Below are positions 59,387-64,000 of a stretch of DNA of 64,000 nt, in pieces. Position 1 is the stretch's first letter. Each line of letters opens with the position of its first letter. Under the pieces are notes generated by a model. It was not told the origin of the DNA, did not search any database, and saw only the letters and a program-made list of their open reading frames with translations. Both the position numbers and the translations under genes were made by a program. Origin of the DNA: Candidatus Bathyarchaeota archaeon (GTDB lineage: Archaea; Thermoproteota; Bathyarchaeia; TCS64); NCBI GenBank assembly GCA_963769425.1, contig CAVYLP010000001.1, positions 192,001-256,000 of the forward strand. Reading direction: 5' to 3'.

Positions 59387-60814
59387 TTACCAGTCGCTCT
59401 TGCTCTCCAGCCACACCTTCGTCTCGGGGTGGATCTCAGGCCACGTCCTCACGTAAGCCTTCGCCTTGTCGGCGAGCTGGACCGTCTGGTCGTACCCCTG
59501 CTTCTTTATGAAGTCCTGTATCTCCTTCTGAGTCTTCCTCTTCGCCATCCACTTGTCCGCGTTGGCGACCCTGAGGAGGAAGCGCGTGTAGTTGGAGGCG
59601 GCGAGGCGGAGGTACTCTAGGTCGACCTTGTCGACGGTGTCGTACTTGCTGTGGCCGAAGCCCCGCCTGTGCTGGTGCGGATGGTCTCGGGGTCTCCACC
59701 GCTCCCGCAGGGGACGCTGCGAAGGAAAAAGGGCCAGTGGTCGCTGTAGGGGCTGACGCGCTCGAAGTAGGGAGCTCAGACTTCATCTCGGCTGGCGCAC
59801 TGGTCCATGAATGGTTCCAGCTCGGGAAAATCGTGGAGGATGACGCCCTTCCTCCCCTTGCTGCCCCCAGCGTCGAGGTTGAGCATGAATCGGATGTCGT
59901 CCATCTCGTCGGGTGCATAGCGGTGTAGTTGTAGCTGCCGTAGAGACCGATCTCCTCGGCGCCGAAGCAGATGCAGCGGACGCGTCTCTTGAGTTTCTGT
60001 TTTACCATCTGGAGGTTGCGGGCGATCTCCATCACGGTTACGGTGCCCGAGGCGGGATCCTCTGCGCCCTGACTGATGTCGTGCCCGTCGTAGTGGCTCC
60101 CGACGACGACGTATTCCTTGCTCCGGGATGTCCCGGGGACGTCTGCGATGACGTTGTAGGTGGTGACCTCCATGTTCTTGTCCGAGGTCTTTATGCTGAG
60201 CTTCACCTCTCCCTCGCGCTCAAGGGTGCGGACGAGGTACATCCCGTCCTCGTAGCTGACGCTTATTGATGGGATGATGGGGCTGATGCCTCCCGTCTGG
60301 GGCCCGTAGGCGGGGTACTGGTTCATGAATATCCAGCCCTTTGCCCCGGCGAGGACGCTCCTCATGAACTTCTCCGACCTGTGGAGCGCTGCGCGTCATC
60401 CCCAGCGGGTTCGCGCTGCTAACCATGACGATGTTGCCGTCGATCTCCGCCCTTCCTCTTCTCGTAGACGTCGACGGCGCCGTCGCCGAGCCAGACGAGC
60501 TTCGCCTCTACCTCGCCGCCGATGCTGTGGGGGAGGCTTATGCAGTCGATCTCCTTCTTGAAGGGGCTCACCATCGTGAGTTTCGCGGGGCCACGCCTCC
60601 AGCCGGGTATCTTGTAGCTCTCGTAGTGGGCGTCCTCGATACCATAGCCCTTTAGCTTCTCCACCATGTACTTGACGGAGCCGAGGTCACCCGGCGTTCC
60701 AGGGAACCTGCTCCCGTAGACATCGCAGAGCATCTTCAGGTTATCCATCGGCTCCGACGATGTGTAAATCTCCGACACTATCTTCTTGTCAACCTCAAGC
60801 AAGGGGTTGGTCAA
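59387..60814 (-). CDS. M28 family peptidase with PA domain (several frameshifts)
   Basis: GSRFPGTPG, W.RG, NVIAD.PG, GSHYDGHD..GAEDPASG, GAEEIGLYGS, SDHWPF, H..YDTVDK; ends ...WLESKSDW*. Confidence 0.85.
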
Positions 60815-60968
60815 AACTAGCACCGAAGAACTGTTCACGCGCAGACGATTTAAAACATTTTAGAGAAAGTATACTCAGGGATATGAGCCCTCTTATTCTG
60901 GTAGAGATAATCGAGGGGCTATCGAAATGTCCACGCTAATCTAGAAGAGTATCTAAAACAAACCGAGA

Positions 60969-61646
60969 TTAGATCAGCGGCGCCGTTACTGCGATGACCC
61001 TGGCCTCATCACAGCTATCCTCGCAACGATCCGTGATGTTCTCGAGAGACTCAAAGAAATCGGAGAGGAGAATTGCCTGCCCGATCTCAACGGTTTCGGT
61101 GGTGAGCCCCGAGATGGACCTACGCCCCCTTTGGTAGAGGCCGTCCATCTGCTCCTCGAGTCTCTCCACCTCGTCCGCTGCCTTTAAAGCGTCCTGGAAC
61201 TCCCGGGCTGTCAGCTTCTCGATGCAGTCGTCCAGCTTTATCACGCAACTCTTGATCACGTGCGCCATCTCGCCGGTGGTCGCCTTTACGTCGTTTGGCA
61301 TGTCCTTGAGGTTGAACTCGACGAGTATGCGCCCCGTCTCGTTTATCCAGTCGATCACATCGTCGATCTGCCTCGCGAGGCGCATCAAGTCCTCCCTCTC
61401 CGAAACGGGGAGGTCACCTTTAGCGAGCTCCCCGATGATCTTCCGTTTGAGCAAATCTGCCTCCTTCTCCTTGAGTTGGAGGACCTCGAAGCTCCGGACC
61501 AAGTCCTCCCTCTTACCTTGGAGGGAGAAGTTAATGCAGCGGTCTAGCAGCTCAGCGGCCATAACGGTCGCTTTCGAGTGTTCAAGGACCATGCTGATGG
61601 CCTGGACCTTCCTCCGTGTCTTCAGCCAACTATCGAGGGGTTTCAC
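60969..61646 (-). CDS. DUF47 (PhoU-like) phosphate transport regulator family protein
   Basis: EKEAD..K, REDL..LA..IDD, LEEQMD, LENITDRCED. Confidence 0.88.
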   Translation of the reverse strand: MKPLDSWLKTRRKVQAISMVLEHSKATVMAAELLDRCINFSLQGKREDLVRSFEVLQLKEKEADLLKRKIIGELAKGDLPVSEREDLMRLARQIDDVIDWINETGRILVEFNLKDMPNDVKATTGEMAHVIKSCVIKLDDCIEKLTAREFQDALKAADEVERLEEQMDGLYQRGRRSISGLTTETVEIGQAILLSDFFESLENITDRCEDSCDEARVIAVTAPLI

Positions 61647-61660
61647 AGTTACATTACCGC

Positions 61661-62770
61661 CTATTCAAGTGATAGAGCTTTCTCCAGCCCCTCCTCGGGG
61701 GCCCTGAAAACAAGTAGATTCTCGACGGGTAGGCTCAGGTAGGCCTCGTCCCCGATTTCTAGGCTCGGCTCCAAGCCGGTGATCGGCATTTTCACGAGTA
61801 GGGTTATCCCGTTCTCTGTCTTAACCGTGTATCTCATCGAGTCCCCGACGAAGCTCGCCACGGCTACCTCGCATCTTATCGAGTTTTCTTCTTGGGGCCT
61901 TCTGGTTATGCCGATGAACTCGGGGCGTATGGCGAGCACGCAGGCTTCGTTGGCACCAAGTGAAGGTACGAGTTCGCATCTCGCCCGAATCTCCGAATTG
62001 TTCACAGTTATAGCGAGATCGGATCCATCCGCCTTCGTCACCTCACCGCCGATGAAGTTGGCCTCACCGAGGAACTTCGCCGTGAAGAGCTCCCTCGGCT
62101 TCATGTAGAGCTGCTCGGGGGTACCGACCTCGATTATCCGCCCTGCTTTCATCACGACAATCCGGTCCGAGATGGAGAGCGCCTCCTCCTGATCGTGGGT
62201 CACGTGGATCGCAGTCAGGCCGAGGTCCTTCACGAGTCGCCTGAGCTCGTATCTGAGCACTGTTCTCACCTTGAGGTCGAGTGCCCCCAGTGGCTCGTCG
62301 AGGAGCAGGAGGGTTGAACCCGAGGTGAGCGCCCTAGATATCGCCGTCTTCTGCTTCGCCCCGCCGCTCAGCTCCTTTGGGTAGAGGGCCACGTAGTCGT
62401 CGAGGTTCATCATGTGGAGCATCTCCTCGACTGGGCCTTTGCGCTCCGGTGGTGAGCTGCCCCTGATCATGAGACCGTAGGAGACGTTGTCGTAGACGTT
62501 CATGTGTGGGAAGAGGGCGATCTCCTGGAAGACGTAGCCTATCCCCCTGTCCTCGATGGGTAGGAGGGTCACGTTCTTCTCGTCGATGAATACGTCCCCC
62601 GCGTCCGGATGAACAACGCCGGCGATGGACTTGATTAGACTTGTCTTCCCGCAGCCGCTCGGGCCAACTATTGACAGGTACTCGCCATCGTGGATGGTGA
62701 GGTCGACGTCGTTTAGCGCCACGACGTCACCGTACTGCTTTCTGAGACCCGAAGCCCTTATCTCCGGCAT
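61661..62770 (-). CDS. ABC transporter ATP-binding protein (PotA/FbpC-like)
   Basis: GPSGCGKT, LSGG, LLLDEP, VTHDQEEA, TOBE-like tail. Confidence 0.94.
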   Translation of the reverse strand: MPEIRASGLRKQYGDVVALNDVDLTIHDGEYLSIVGPSGCGKTSLIKSIAGVVHPDAGDVFIDEKNVTLLPIEDRGIGYVFQEIALFPHMNVYDNVSYGLMIRGSSPPERKGPVEEMLHMMNLDDYVALYPKELSGGAKQKTAISRALTSGSTLLLLDEPLGALDLKVRTVLRYELRRLVKDLGLTAIHVTHDQEEALSISDRIVVMKAGRIIEVGTPEQLYMKPRELFTAKFLGEANFIGGEVTKADGSDLAITVNNSEIRARCELVPSLGANEACVLAIRPEFIGITRRPQEENSIRCEVAVASFVGDSMRYTVKTENGITLLVKMPITGLEPSLEIGDEAYLSLPVENLLVFRAPEEGLEKALSLE

Positions 62771-63880
62771 TTAGCTCGCCTCCAGTTCGCCCTGCAGCCC
62801 AAGCATCGGGTACTCGTAGACGTGGGAATTGACCGGGTCGAAGCTGACGCTAACCCAGTCGCCATGCTTGAGCTCCGTCCTCGCTTCCTTGAGGGGGACA
62901 CGCGCGGCAATCTCGTCACCGTTGGAAAGCTTGATGACATACCGTATGTGGCTGCCGAGGAAGTGGACCTCGACCACCTCCCCTGACAACCTGTTTGGCT
63001 CCTCACCCGTTGGCTCGGGCGTGACCGAGGTCTTCTCCTCCCTGATGGCGACGATGACGGCTTCCTCTGGCTCGAAGCTTGAGTCGAGGACCCGTATCTT
63101 CAGGCCCTCCCTGAGGGTGAGGGTGCTTCCCTCCCTCGTTCTTGTATCGACTATCGCCTCGAGGAAGTTCGTGTTCCCGACGAAGTTGGCGACGAATATC
63201 TTCTCAGGGCGGTTGTAGACGTGGTAGGGGGTCCCGTACTGCTGGAGGCGCCCCCGTCGAAGGATGAGGATACGGTCGCCGATGGTCATAGCCTCCTCCT
63301 GGTCGTGGGTCACGTGGATGACGGTTAACCCCGACTCCTTAGCGAGCCTCCTGAGTTCTGTCCTGAGCTCGAGGCGTAGCCTCACATCGAGTGCGCCGAG
63401 GGGCTCATCGAGTAGTAGGAGTCGTGCCCCGGACGCGAGGCCCCTCGCTAAGGCTACACGTTGCTGCATGCCCCCGCTGAGCTCGTTCGGGTATGCGTCT
63501 GCGCGCTTATCCAGCCGGACGAGTCTGAGCACGTTCATGGCGGTCTCCTCGGCGGCTGCCTTGCTCGTGTCCTTTGCCATTGGGCCGAAGGCGACGTTGT
63601 CAAGGACGGTCATATGGGGGAATAGGGCGTACGTCTGTGGGACGTAGACGGCGTTCCTGTCCTCGGCGGCGACTCCTCCGGCGTTCACCGAGTCTATGAA
63701 AACCTCGCCCTCATCCGGCTTGATGATTCCCGCTATCGTGCGGAGAAGCGTCGTCTTCCCGCTTCCAGTAGACCCTAGGATGCAGACGTACTCCCGATCC
63801 TTAACATCGAAGGTCACATCGTCGAGAGCCTTCACGTCGCCGAAGCGCTTCGTCACGTTCAGCAGCCGGAGTGAGGGCAC
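62771..63880 (-). CDS. ABC transporter ATP-binding protein (PotA/FbpC-like)
   Basis: GSTGSGKT, LSGGMQQRVALAR, LLLDEP, VTHDQEEA. Confidence 0.94.
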   Translation of the reverse strand: MPSLRLLNVTKRFGDVKALDDVTFDVKDREYVCILGSTGSGKTTLLRTIAGIIKPDEGEVFIDSVNAGGVAAEDRNAVYVPQTYALFPHMTVLDNVAFGPMAKDTSKAAAEETAMNVLRLVRLDKRADAYPNELSGGMQQRVALARGLASGARLLLLDEPLGALDVRLRLELRTELRRLAKESGLTVIHVTHDQEEAMTIGDRILILRRGRLQQYGTPYHVYNRPEKIFVANFVGNTNFLEAIVDTRTREGSTLTLREGLKIRVLDSSFEPEEAVIVAIREEKTSVTPEPTGEEPNRLSGEVVEVHFLGSHIRYVIKLSNGDEIAARVPLKEARTELKHGDWVSVSFDPVNSHVYEYPMLGLQGELEAS

Positions 63881-63881
63881 G

Positions 63882-64000
63882 TCACTTCTTCCTCCTGTAA
63901 ACTATGAGCCTTAGAACTAGTAAGGAAGCGAAGGAGGTTAAGACGAGGAATAGGATTCCAAGCGCAATATCTGACTGGGTCGCGGGCACCTGCCCCTTGA
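63882..64000 (-). CDS. C-terminus of probable ABC permease (partial)
   Basis: ...DIALGILFLVLTSFASLLVLRLIVYRRKK*, directly upstream of two ABC ATPases. Confidence 0.65.
   Translation of the reverse strand, partial: KGQVPATQSDIALGILFLVLTSFASLLVLRLIVYRRKK

Noticed and set aside
5131-63914. Numerous antisense and alternate-frame ORFs in the track
   Set aside because: They overlap well-supported genes and are expected from high GC3; no recognisable motifs.

Overview
Archaeal chromosomal segment, GC-rich coding DNA with AT-rich spacers. It is most consistent with a TACK archaeon such as Bathyarchaeia (inference from L14e, L40e, Alba, EMC3/TMCO1-cmk-rpl14e, class II HMG-CoA reductase, geranylgeranyl reductase and TATA boxes about 25-31 nt upstream of start codons). 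Content is mostly housekeeping and peptide/amino-acid scavenging genes: two M42, M20, M28, GGT, two creatininases, DDAH, a proline racemase-like enzyme and gcvPA/PB. There is also a PolB2 plus inactive RadA-like cassette, a SNF2 helicase, two convergent GT2 synthases and two divergent tRNA genes (Glu-TTC, Ile2-CAT). Many single-base frameshifts, clustered at 54.9-60.5 kb, suggest consensus errors. Four signals are best worth following up: (1) a ~150-nt GC-rich structured RNA candidate at 21371-21525 (-) with its own TATA box and T-tract; (2) seven 21-bp palindromic TGTTCC-N9-GG(A/T)ACA repeats beside an AT-rich tract and the tRNAs (43577-43752); (3) a second helically phased repeat region with an ORB-like word (22880-23160); (4) two paralogues of an uncharacterised RNase H-like protein, each next to an RNA-methylation gene. 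No CRISPR array, rRNA, transposase or integrase was seen. All calls are by eye; no searches were run.
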